A stretch of DNA of 64,000 nucleotides from Nitrosopumilaceae archaeon (lineage in GTDB: Archaea; Thermoproteota; Nitrososphaeria; Nitrososphaerales; Nitrosopumilaceae), in NCBI GenBank assembly GCA_965203465.1, contig CBDBCR010000001.1, positions 320,001 to 384,000 on the forward strand, given 5' to 3'. Shown here piece after piece: positions 31,264-42,058 of the stretch. The position numbers and the translations under genes are program-made. The notes under the pieces were generated by a model, which was not told the DNA's origin, ran no database searches, and saw only the letters and a list, made by a program, of their open reading frames with translations. Numbering within the stretch: position 1 is the first letter of the stretch; every line of letters starts with the position of its first letter.

Positions 31264-32289
31264 GTGCCTAAGATGACCGCTGTGACATACATGCCGAATG
31301 GGCGACGATTCATTGCCGGCGAGCACAAACACATACCATACAATCCAGACACACTTGCAGAATTCTACATTGATTCAGAATCGGGGTTGCCTTGTGTGCG
31401 ATATTATGCCAAATGCGACTACTCACAAAAGAATCTGATTCAGGCGTACTGCAAAATGTGCAGTCTATTGCAAAAACGGGCACCTCTCAATTCTCTGTTC
31501 TGCAACTATTTCTCCGACGAGCTGCTCATCCGGCGTGGTTATGAAATCACTCCCACGAAGTTACAACTTCACAATTACGGACCTAACGCGTCCAAAAACA
31601 CATCTGACCAGATCACCTTTGACTTGCAGAACGAAATGGACTCATACGAAATAGCATTCAACCTCTCGACAGACGTAGACTTTGATAGACTTCCTTCGAA
31701 TATTATGCATGCGTTGCTCCAGCGAGAAGGGCGTGCATCTGTTGCACTCAGACGACTACCACATCATTACATAAAGGACGCCGATGACGATGCGGCAAAG
31801 TTCCAAACCACGGCTACTGACAGTGACGCCCAGCGTATCCGCCACTCACGCGCCGAGACGTTGACAGAGATCGAGAATTGCCGTTCTGCGTTTTTACGTG
31901 CTTTTCAATTGCAATTGACACATCTTGCATTCTCTACAAACACGGCACCCACGATAGCTCAGAACTTAAGGCCCGAACCCCGTCTCTTCAACGAAGATTG
32001 CAACCCAGGTAGTCGTGTGTATCCCTTGCCGGGCTTGCGGTCTCTCGCCATGGCCATTTCGACCGCGTGTTATCCCAATGTCATTTATGCCGTTTCGAAG
32101 ATGTCTAGTCCAATGTTAAGGCTCGAGGGCCCCAAAACCATAACACAAAACCAATCTGGAACTTGCACAGTGCGGGATTTTTATATGTACAAGTGCGCAT
32201 ACGACGTTCTGCCTATCGCCTATCCATTTGGCTGCATAATAGATTTGTATCCTCGGCGTTCAGATCCGGACAACCCCGTGACTTCGTGA
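31264..32289 (+). CDS. Hypothetical protein, AT-rich
   Basis: 341-aa ORF in a low-GC segment where long chance ORFs are unlikely; no motif recognised. Confidence 0.6.
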   Translation: MPKMTAVTYMPNGRRFIAGEHKHIPYNPDTLAEFYIDSESGLPCVRYYAKCDYSQKNLIQAYCKMCSLLQKRAPLNSLFCNYFSDELLIRRGYEITPTKLQLHNYGPNASKNTSDQITFDLQNEMDSYEIAFNLSTDVDFDRLPSNIMHALLQREGRASVALRRLPHHYIKDADDDAAKFQTTATDSDAQRIRHSRAETLTEIENCRSAFLRAFQLQLTHLAFSTNTAPTIAQNLRPEPRLFNEDCNPGSRVYPLPGLRSLAMAISTACYPNVIYAVSKMSSPMLRLEGPKTITQNQSGTCTVRDFYMYKCAYDVLPIAYPFGCIIDLYPRRSDPDNPVTS

Positions 32290-32329
32290 CGTCTTGGAGT
32301 ACGCGCAAGACCCGGCGCGGACCCGCCGG

Positions 32330-33763
32330 TCACGGACGGGATCCGGCAAACTCCCACCTGCCAAAGCCACATTCTCCGCATATGCTGTAGTGGTGGCGTA
32401 TTTCTTCCTCCCATGTCTTGGTTCCGGCTACAAGCCGGCGCAGGGATTCCTTCATCTCGTTCAAGCCGGCGCACTCTTCGTTCCGCGTTATGAGCCCTGA
32501 CAGGTACGTGTCCTTGGGCAGGGAGTTGCTCTTGTCCAAGTTGCATTCGGGGCATGCCAGAACCAAGTTCCACATGTTGTCGTCGACCATGTACGACCAC
32601 GGAATAAAGTGGTCTACGTGTATGCAGTCTGGTTTGAGTCTGTTTTTGCAATAAAAGCACTTTTTCGCATGCTTGTAGAGAACGTCTTTGTATTTTTTGA
32701 GGGAGCCCTGCTTTTTGATCCCGTTTATCTTGGCGGCCAGCTTGGGCATGCCGTGGTTTACCCTTTCCAAATACAGCACCCACTCGGCCAGCAGCGCACG
32801 GGTGAGCAGCTTGTGATTGTAGCGCAAGAACGCGTGGGCTTCGGGATGGATGGTGATCACCTGCAGGTCGTCATCATAGTCGTAGAACATGTTGACGCTG
32901 GCGGTCGTGCTGCCGTGCCTGACGTGCTGGAGCCGGGGCACCACCATGCCTTTTTTCTGCCTGTCGTGCCCGAACACGTCCGCGAGGATCCTCTGTTTGG
33001 CGTCTCTCTTGCGCTTGGCGCCCGCGCGCCTGAAACTTGCCGACTGTGCGTCGCCGAACACTTCTTCGAGTATGGTTATGATCCTAGGCTGGCGTTTGGT
33101 ATGAAAGTCCTGCTTCATCCTGAACTTGTATTTTTGATACCAGTAGTGCCTGAGGAACTCTCCGGCCAGATACTCGTACTTTATCTTGCGTGCGGATCCG
33201 TCAGGGGCGTGGCGCCTGCAATAATCCAGCAGCGTCTTGCACAGGGCGAACTTGTAGGTGTTGTCCCTGCGCCCCTCTGATATTATGGCAGTGAACGTCT
33301 TCCTCATGTTGCGCTCCGTCCGCTCTATCGGCTCCGGCTCGGGCCAGCAGTCCTTGACTCTAGCAGACGGCCTGTCTACTCGCATGGACGGATCCGACAG
33401 CCTGTACAGATCGGTGCGTCTGTCGCTCCAGTCGGACAGCGTGCCGCTCTTTCGCAGTCTGTTCAATATCTCGCTGGTTATGCCCATCAGCTCATTAGAC
33501 TTGCGCCTCGGCCCCCACATGGTGGAGGGCAGGCGCATCTCTTCGGCCAGCCGCCTGTCCAGATCTGCCTTTCTGTGCCACACGGGCTTGGAACGCCAAG
33601 CCTGCTGGGCCGGGCGGCCTCGGTGATTCGTGCCCAGCTCGTCTATGGTTCTGCCGTTGACGGTCAGCCCGTACAAGAGCAGCTTTGCCATGTTCTCCCT
33701 CTGGCGGCTGTCGGGCATCCTTTGTATGTAGGCAACCGAGGCGGAGCGTGGTTCCGACGCCAA
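32330..33763 (-). CDS. HNH endonuclease with extra N-terminal winged-helix-like domain
   Basis: DNTYKFALCKTLLDY; CFYC..IHVDHFIPWS..MWNLVLACPECN..KS. Confidence 0.85.
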   Translation of the reverse strand: MASEPRSASVAYIQRMPDSRQRENMAKLLLYGLTVNGRTIDELGTNHRGRPAQQAWRSKPVWHRKADLDRRLAEEMRLPSTMWGPRRKSNELMGITSEILNRLRKSGTLSDWSDRRTDLYRLSDPSMRVDRPSARVKDCWPEPEPIERTERNMRKTFTAIISEGRRDNTYKFALCKTLLDYCRRHAPDGSARKIKYEYLAGEFLRHYWYQKYKFRMKQDFHTKRQPRIITILEEVFGDAQSASFRRAGAKRKRDAKQRILADVFGHDRQKKGMVVPRLQHVRHGSTTASVNMFYDYDDDLQVITIHPEAHAFLRYNHKLLTRALLAEWVLYLERVNHGMPKLAAKINGIKKQGSLKKYKDVLYKHAKKCFYCKNRLKPDCIHVDHFIPWSYMVDDNMWNLVLACPECNLDKSNSLPKDTYLSGLITRNEECAGLNEMKESLRRLVAGTKTWEEEIRHHYSICGECGFGRWEFAGSRP

Positions 33764-34103
33764 CCCTCAGACTTTCCCCCCAAGCGTGCTTTTGACGGCC
33801 AAACGGGTGGCCGATTCTTGCGCCTGTTTATACTTTGAGAATTCTTACAAATCGGCGTGATCTGAGCACGGACGGCCGGAGTGCCAGATTCTGGCGATCG
33901 GGTGTTTTGCGCCGGCTGTGGCCGGATCCCGCACTGCATGAAGACGCGGATCGCAGGCATCTCCGGACACCGACCAGTCTGGCGGCGCTGTAGAGGCGAT
34001 CGATCCCAACGAATGTTGTACCATTGCCCCTGATCTATGTAGCCCTTTATGTTGCCGGGATCTTTCGGATCTAACGGCTGGGCAGATGGCCCACGGGGGC
34101 GGC

Positions 34104-35800
34104 TCAGTACTTGCCCAGTTTCCGCCTGCGCTTGGGCTCGGAGATCAGTTTCTGGTTTTTGCGCACCACGGCGCCGTACCTTTCCAACAAAAACTCCAGG
34201 CGTTCGTAGTCGTCTTTGAACGGCTTGCTGCGGTACAGGCGATCCGCCGCCTTGTCCAGTTTTCCGTGCGCTTTTCGGAGATCCGCCGACATGAGATCGG
34301 GATCGTATAGGTCGGCTAGCGTCTGGCTCGGATGGCTGGCGCGCGCGTTCAGGACGCCTCGGGCGTGCGGCTCTAGCGCATTCAAATCAGCATCCGGCAC
34401 CGGGAATGTGTTGTAAACCAAGCCTGCTGAATATCTGTAGTCCCCCTTTAGTCTGCCGCCCACCTTCGCGAGCCACGCCATGTGCATCTTCGACGTTATC
34501 AGCCCGAACAGGCCGAGCGTGGAGTCTTGCACGATCATGGTGCTGTCGCTTGGGATTACCGGTGGTTCCGCGTACCCGATAGGCACGTATTCGCGCCTCT
34601 CGGAACTTATGCGCGGTATCCGCAGGAACGGCTTTTCCGGCAGGACGTTGAGGTGGTACCGCGTGGGGGTCTCTGCCAGTTTTCGGGATCCGGGAGACCT
34701 GCTTTCCGACCGGTATCGTTTTACGGCCTCCACGCGTTTCATAACTTCCGGCATCGCCTTCAGCTCGGACGGCTCGGCGCCGTGCAGTGCCAGTATCCAC
34801 CGCTCCCCGCCGTTGATGAACTCCCTGGATCCTATGTACGGGCGCAGAAACTTGGCTGCCCCCGGCTCCTTGGCCAGAAAGCCGTCCTTTTCGCCCGCCG
34901 CGAAGATGTAGTGCCCGCCGTCTATGGGCTTGGAGCCCATTACCAGCTTGGGCAGGCCGTTGAGCCGCCTGGCAGACTCTGATACGAACGGCGCGTCGCC
35001 GCCGAAGCCTATCAGGTACGGCGATATGTGGCGCGGGTTCTCCTCCACTTTTCCGTCAAAGAGCCTCTTGCGGGCGACGGCGCCCTTTCTGGCCAGCCCG
35101 ATCACTACCACGTGCACGTGCGCCTTGCCGGCCGCGTCCGAATCCCACTCGAATGACTTGTGCGCGAAGGCGATCTCGTGCTTGCCGAGTATGGCAGGCC
35201 ACAGTTGTCCCACCTGCTCGCCCTGCGTCACGCTGTTGGTCGAGACGAACCCTATCTTGGCGCCCGGCGCGTACTCGACCGACTTGAAGAACCACGCGGC
35301 CACGTAGTCCGGCGTGCCCCCGCCCCCGCCGGCGGCCCTTGCGACCTGGGCGCGCTACCGCGCGGACATCACCTTGGCGCCGAGGAACGGCGGGCTGTTC
35401 AGTATGTACGAGCACTCTTCTGCGGGCAGCGCCTCGTTCCAGTCCGTCTCGAGCGCGTCGGCGTTGAGTATGTTGGCCCGCCCCTCTAGCGGGATCCGCA
35501 CGTACGAGTCGCCGTACACGCGGGATATCTCGTTGTTGGCAAGGTGGTCCGTCATCCACATGGCCGTCTCTGCTATCTTTGCCGAAAAGCCGTCCAGCTC
35601 TATGCCGTAGAACTGCCCGACGCCGATCCTCGGCATGCCGGCCTGATCGAAGCGCTTGGAGCGCGGATCCCGTATCTCCACCATCGCCTCGAGCTCCAGC
35701 CTGCGCAGCTCCCTGTACGCGACTATCAGAAAGTTCCCCGAGCCGCACGCCGGATCGAGGAACTTGAGGCCGCCCAGCTTTTCCTGGACCGGGTGCATGT
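34104..35800 (-). pseudogene. MmeI-like (Type IIL) R-M methylase pseudogene, 5'-truncated with an internal amber stop
   Basis: FLDPACGSGNFL, STNSVTQGEQV, F.WDS.A.GKAHVHVV, SSERREYVPIG, YRYSAGLVYNTFP, TLADLYDP. In-frame TAG at 35355-35357; NPPF decayed to NSPPF; nuclease N-terminus absent. Confidence 0.85.
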
Positions 35801-36019
35801 AATCTTCGTCTGCTGGGAATTTTCTAGAGCACAAGGACGCGCTCCTACGCACTACGTACAGGCTCGTGCGCGACAGGAGAGATGGTGGCTGCCAGGGGGG
35901 TCAGCGCAGGGACAGCAGACGCGTATTACAGCACACCTCACGAGGATTTGTCGGAATCTTTGGAGTTAGGCAACTAATTCGCGGGCAATCGTTATAGCGA
36001 CGGCGCCGCCCGCGCCGGC

Positions 36020-37270
36020 ATGGGCTGGTGCTCGCACAATTTCGTCCGGGATCGGAGCGGCCTCACCTGCTCAAAGTGCGGGTACAGGCAGAGGCGCCGC
36101 CGCCGGATCAGATACAGAAGCTGGCGCAGGGAGAGGCGGCAGGGGCGCTGGAAGGCGCCGGCCGCCGTACTGACCGCGATCGCAGTCGTGGCGGGCGCGC
36201 TGGTCGTCGCAGAATTCTTTCCCGGTTATCAGGCACCGGGCGTGCGGAGCGGCACCCAGGCGGGTTCCGGCGAGGCCGGAGACGCGGCGCCTTCGGGCCC
36301 CGGCTCGGGCGCAGTGTACGTCGCCCGGACTGGCCACGTGGCCGAGACGGGCAGCGCGCCGGGCGTGTCGGACGGCTCGGAGTCGGCCAAGGCGGCGGCC
36401 AAGATAGAGCTGTCCGCGCTGTACGACCACGCGCTGGAGCTCGCGAACGAGGACAGGGCCAGGCACGGCCTGGAGCCGGTCGCGCTGAGCGAGACAGGAT
36501 CCGCGCAGGATCACGCCGACGACATGATGGAGATCGGGTACTATTCGCACTGGCATTCCGAGGGGGTCAAGCCGTACGCGACGTACACAAAGCACGGCGG
36601 GACCGGGTACGTCGCCGAGAACATAGCGGCCAACCGGTGCTCCGGATACTGCTCCCACATAGACCCGTTCGAGGCGATGAAGGAGCACCAACGGAACATG
36701 GTGTACAGGGACGCCCACGCGGACTGGGGGCACCGCGACAACATACTCGATCCGGCGCACACCCACGTCAATTTCGGAATCTCCTACAGCGGCTCAGAGC
36801 TGTACTTTGTGCAACATTTTGAAAGCAACGGGGCCGGCTGGAGCGACGTCCACCTCAAAGACGGCAGGCTCATCATGGATGGAACGGCGCCTTGGGGCGG
36901 CACGCCGCTCATTTCAATCTACAGGGATCCCGAGCCCGAGCCGCTCTCTGCGCGCCAGCTGGGCACGGTAAAGCCGTACAGCCTGCCGTTCTACGAGATG
37001 GGCGAGATGGTCGGAATGGTGGTGAAAGTCCCTTCCGGGGGGACGTACCAGCAATGCCCCAACGGGGATCTGCTCACGGAGGGCGGGTGCTATCCGTACT
37101 CTTTCTGGCACGCCGACACCTGGGGCGACGGCAGGATCCGCATCACTGCGGACGTCTCCAGATGGGTCGGGACCGGCGGCCTGCACAGCGCCTTGGTGTT
37201 CTTGCCGGGCGCCGACGGCGTCCACGTCCCGTCGTTGGTGGTCACGCTCGAATACCTAGAGCAGAGCTGA
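36020..37270 (+). CDS. CAP/SCP domain protein with N-terminal Zn ribbon and TM anchor
   Basis: LELANEDRARHGL, AQDHADDM, YYSH, AENIA, WGHRDNILDP. Confidence 0.85.
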   Translation: MGWCSHNFVRDRSGLTCSKCGYRQRRRRRIRYRSWRRERRQGRWKAPAAVLTAIAVVAGALVVAEFFPGYQAPGVRSGTQAGSGEAGDAAPSGPGSGAVYVARTGHVAETGSAPGVSDGSESAKAAAKIELSALYDHALELANEDRARHGLEPVALSETGSAQDHADDMMEIGYYSHWHSEGVKPYATYTKHGGTGYVAENIAANRCSGYCSHIDPFEAMKEHQRNMVYRDAHADWGHRDNILDPAHTHVNFGISYSGSELYFVQHFESNGAGWSDVHLKDGRLIMDGTAPWGGTPLISIYRDPEPEPLSARQLGTVKPYSLPFYEMGEMVGMVVKVPSGGTYQQCPNGDLLTEGGCYPYSFWHADTWGDGRIRITADVSRWVGTGGLHSALVFLPGADGVHVPSLVVTLEYLEQS

Positions 37271-37755
37271 TCGGCGGCCGGCAACCGGCGCGGCCGCTTT
37301 TCTTGCGCGGCGAACCGGCCGTTGGCAAGCACCGCCTCGGCGTGCAGGCACGCAAAGAGAAACGAGGCTGCCTAGCCTGCCCCCGAAGCTCCACGGGAAC
37401 GCGGCCGGCAAGAGCGCCGCCGGCGCCGACTCCGTTGCGCCTGCTAGCCCGGCCGTCGTGGCAGGCTCCGGCAAACGCGCTCTAGACGCGCTGGCGTTCG
37501 CCGGACCGTCGGCCATCGAGTCGCCGTTGCTCGAATTTCTCGGGTAGATGGCCCGCCTGTGCAACATCGGCATGGGCTCGATCAGGACGCTGGGCCAGAC
37601 AGGCATGAGGCCGAGTCGAGTGCCGCGCGGATTACCAGCAAACCCTGAATCGGATCCCGGTAGAAGAGTCAGGTATCTTGATAGGGGGTGCCTACAAGCG
37701 GGCCACAATGATCCGACACGGAATGTTGTTTACCACGTAGATGTGGTGGGTTTGA

Positions 37756-37850
37756 CTTTCCGCATTGCGGCCCCATTGAAGCACCGAGTTTTACCAGGAT
37801 AACGATGTCGGAATCACCTTTCCGCAACTATCAAGTTGCGGCTCCATTCA
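37756..37850 (+). CRISPR. Mini CRISPR-like array: 2 degenerate repeats and one 36-nt spacer
   Basis: CTTTCCGCATTGCGGCCCCATTGAAG (37756-37781), spacer 37782-37817, CTTTCCGCAACTATCAAGTTGCGGCTCCATTCA (37818-37850). Same family as 5415-5786. Confidence 0.75.
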
Positions 37851-38039
37851 GTCAGGCCCGCTAACTCCTAGTTAGTTGCCCAACTCTCTTGTGGAAGGGG
37901 TCGCCTCGCGCCACCTTGCGTCACCCGTGCTTGATTCTCGGGTGGAAAGCGCTCCCTAGCATCGGCAACGGCCCTGCATCGGGGGTTAGGCAACTACCAA
38001 CTCCCGAATTCTTATATTCTTACTGGCGCACGCCCGCCC

Positions 38040-41000
38040 GTGCCGGATACCCGCGTGGAAGGACTGCTTGGCATGTTCGGCGTGGATCCCTCCAAGAGGC
38101 AGAGGCTGGACTTTGGCAGGGGCTGGGAGTGCTACGGCGTGCAGCGGGCAGACGGGACGGATCCTCACGTGCAGGTGGTGCTGGCAGTTAGGGGCCCCAA
38201 GAATCTGGCCGAGCTCAAAAAGGCGATCACGGCAGACTGCATCGTGGCTTTTGTACCCAAGAACGCGCTGTTTCTGAGGGCGCTCGGGGAGAGCTGCTCC
38301 GTAGTGCTGGAAAGCGGCGACGACTATGAGCGCGTCGGAGCGGTGCTGCAGTCCTGCAGTCTTTCCGGCTCCAAGCTCGGAACGGAGTACCTAGGTGGCG
38401 TACGCGAGGCGATCAGGGCCATACCCGTATCCGAGATGCCCGGGATCGTCAACCGCGGCGTCTTTTCCAACCACTACCTAAAGAGCCGGATCTGGGACGA
38501 CCTGCAGCACGACATCGGCCCAGAGGCAGAGCGCGTCGGGGCCGCGATGGGCTCCAGCGCCAAGGCCGTGCTGGCCGCGCTTGGATGGAAGGTCGGCGAG
38601 GCGCCTGGCAGGACGCACAGGTTCGATGGGGCCTCGATAATAGTCGTGCCGAACCGGGACTTGAGCGTCCGCACGCGCGACGACGTGGCCCCCAGCTATA
38701 CCGCTGTGGCCGAACTCCAGCATTCGCAGTGGGTGATCTTGACCAACGGGACGGCGTGGCGGCTGTACACCAGCAGGGTGTCCGCGTCTACCACCAACTA
38801 TTTCGAGATAGACCTTTCGACCAAAAAGGCGGTTCTGGCCAGGTACTTGGCGGCCGTCTTCGGCGCCTCCTCGTATTCGGGCCCGGATCCACAGATCGGT
38901 GTGTTTTTCGAGCAGTCCCTGCTCAAGGCCGGGACGCTACAGGACAACCTGCGGGACAAAATCCTGCGCCCAGACGGCCTGTTCCTGGACATCGTCAAGG
39001 GGGTTCTGAATCACGACATGAAGAAACAGTTCTCCGAACAGGACTTGGAGGGAGCAAAAGAGACCGCCCTGGCGGTCATGTACCGCGTCTGGTTCGTGCT
39101 GTACGCCGAGTCGCGCAACCTGTTGCCGGTGCGCCATTCGGGGTACACAAAGATATCGCTCATGTCGCTGAGAGCAAAGCTGGACGGGTACGAGGGCGAT
39201 CCTGAAGGGGACGGCTGCTGGAGGCACCTGCTGGACCTTTTCGGCAGGATAAAAGACGGCAGCCCGGAGCACAACCTGCCAAAGTACGACGGAGACCTGT
39301 TCAAGAGGAGGGCCGACATCGAGCAGATCGACGTGCGCAACAGGTTCATCGTAAGGGCCCTGCGGGATCTGTTCGAGACCGACGGCGAGCCCGTGGACTA
39401 CGGGGACTTGGGGGTGCGACACCTAGGCAACATTTACGAGTCGCTTCTGTCGTTCAGCGTGCGGCAGGCCAAAAGAGACGTAATGCTGCTCTCTGACCGG
39501 AAGGGCGTACGCGAGGTCGCTTCCAAGGCAGAATCTACCTATTCGTACAGGAAAAACGACCTGTACTTGGCATCAAAGGGCGGGATAATGTCCCGCAAGA
39601 TGTCTGCCAGTTTTTACACGCCGGAGGAAATAGTCAAGTTTCTGGTGAGGCGGGGGCTGGAGCCCCTGTTTCGCGAGCGCGAGGCCAAGGTACCGGAGGA
39701 TGTCGCCAGATACAAGAGCAAGCGATCCGAGCAGAACCGGCGCGCCTGCATCGACAGGTTGCTGGATCTGCAGGTGCTGGATCCGGCCATGGGCTCGGGG
39801 CACTTTCTGGTCGAGGCGCTAAACCAGATCACGCAGTGGGCCACCGAGGTGCTCAACCGCAACCCGGGCCACCCGCTGGTGGCAGAGATCGAGCGGGACA
39901 GACAGACGGTCATCGAAGAGCAGAAAAAGGAGGGAATCAACATAGACCACAGCCTGTTGACGGCCGACGTTCTGTTAAAGCGCCGTGTCATGAAGCGGTG
40001 CATCTTTGGGGTGGATCTGAATGGGCTGGCAGTAGAGCTGGCCCGGCTCTCGCTGTGGCTAGACTCTTTTGCGATCGGGATGCCGCTTACATACCTAAAC
40101 CACCACATCAAGCACGGCGATTCGACTATCGGCTCCTGGCTCGGGGATCTACAGAGCCCCAAGAACCGTTCGCTGGACGATTGGACGCAAGATCTGGGCA
40201 AATACGGCGGGATGCTGGAGAGGGTCAGCGACAGCCCGGACATCACGGTGTCGCAGGCAACAGAGAGCAAAAAAAGCCACCAAGAATACGAGGAGCAGAT
40301 CAGATCCCACCGGCTCATGTTAGACGCGCTTACCGCGTTCAAAATAGAGCCGGAGCTGCTGCCCAAGAAGGCCAAGGCGGCTGACTATCTAGCGAAGCTG
40401 GGCCTTTCGCGGGACGACAAAGAGATCGACGCGGTACAATCAAAGATCCAAAAGCTGGCGTGCAGGTACCGTTTTTTCCACTGGGAACTGGAGATGGTGG
40501 ACGCCTTCACCGACTCGCGGCGCGGGTTTGATCTCGTGGTAGGCAACCCCCCGTGGGAAAAAAACAAACCAGCCCAGGACGAGTTTTTCGCGCCGCACGA
40601 TCCAACTTTCAAACACCTCAAACCTGACACGAAAAAGAAAAAGAGAACCAAAGAGCTGCTCAAAAACCCCCGCCTGCGGAGCTTGCACGAAGCGTACATC
40701 CAGTCGTTCCAAGACAAGGCTGCTTTTTACAAGACCTACGAGCTACAGGGTCCCGGCGACACGGATCTGTGGCAACTGGTGCTGGAGCGCATGCTCAATT
40801 TGGTCTCGGCCGGCGGAACAATCTCGGTATTGGTGCCGTCGCAGATCCTTTCAAACACGGGATCCGCAGACATGCGGAGGAAATTGCTCAACATGGACAT
40901 AAGGCAAGCGTACGTATTCGAAAACCGGAAAAAAATATTCGACATTCACTCGAGCTATCGGTTTGCGTTGCTGACCGTGAGGAACCAGCCCGGCCCCGAC

Positions 41001-42058
41001 GAGTTTAAGGCAGCGTTTTATCTGCATCATTTGTCTTCCCTCAACGACGGTTCTGCCGAAAGCACCAAATTCGTGGCTTGCTCCAAGCAGACCATAAGCA
41101 AAATCTCCCCCGAAGATTTGACGGTGCCGGAAGTCCCCACCAAATCATACGCGCTGCTCGCAAAACTATCAGAACGCCCCACATTGGGATCCATGTCGAG
41201 CGATGGATGGCGGGTATCTCTTGCTCCGGGCTTTCACGATGCTAAGGACGCAGACCTGTTCCGGGAAGACGGCAAGGGTTGGCCCGCACTAAAGGGAAAA
41301 GATATCCACCAGTTCAATCCTGCTTTTGCTGCGCCTGATTTCACCGTGGACCGATCCGACGGACTGCGCAGGCTGGGCAAAAAGAGGGTATATGTAGGAC
41401 ACTGCCCGAAATTCCACGAATCGTACATGTTTGTATTCCGAGACATCGCGCGCTCTACCGACATGAGAACTATGATATCGTCAATTATACCTCCGCATAC
41501 GTTTCATACAGCCTCATTACGTAGCGTTATATTGACTCGTAACCACCTTGCTATGTTTGGTGACTTACACAACCGCAAACTTGCACACTTGGCTGGAATA
41601 ATTAACTCCATACCGTTCGACTTTATCGCAAGGGCGAAAACTCAAATGCACATAGCAACCATATTCAAGCACCTGTTCGTCCCCCGCCCCTCAAAACACG
41701 ACGGGAAAATAGCCCACTTGGCAGCCGTTTTGACTGCGGCGTTACGTGGGGGGGGGATCCGTCGTATTTTGGTGCGTTTGCAGATTCGTTTGGCATCAAA
41801 CCCGAGCATCTGCCTCCTGCACGCCGCATAGATATTACCGCCAGACTCGACGCGCTAGTCGCGCACGCCTACGGCCTGTCCAAAGACGAGTACCGGACGG
41901 TGCTGGACTCGTTCAAGTTTGGCGAGGATCCGTCCCTGCGCGAAGCAGACGAAGCGGACTGGTCTGACAACCGGGTGCTGAGAAAATTCTACGGCGAGGT
42001 ACGCAAGGCGGCCATGCCCCACTTTGAGGAGATCGCCAAGGAGGATGGCCACAAATGA
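38040..42058 (+). CDS. Type IIG (Eco57I-like) restriction-modification adenine methyltransferase, frameshifted at a G9 tract
   Basis: WVILTNGxxWRLY, LGNIYESLL, FYTP, VLDPAMGSGHFL, FFHWELE, GNPPW. The alternative frame after 41756 gives RLDALVAHAYGLSKDEY..LDSF and ends in a TGA overlapping the helicase ATG; G10 gives about 1339 aa. Confidence 0.88.
41748..41756 (+). repeat. Poly-G tract (G9) at the methylase frameshift
   Basis: ttacgt GGGGGGGGG atcc. Confidence 0.9.

Noticed and set aside
35355-35357. Pyrrolysine or readthrough at the in-frame TAG of the MmeI-like gene
   Set aside because: The gene also lacks its N-terminus and has a broken NPPF motif, so ordinary pseudogenisation is simpler; no pyl genes seen.
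37695-37755. Third repeat upstream of the mini-array (GCGGGCCACAATGA)
   Set aside because: Too degenerate, with no upstream stem arm.
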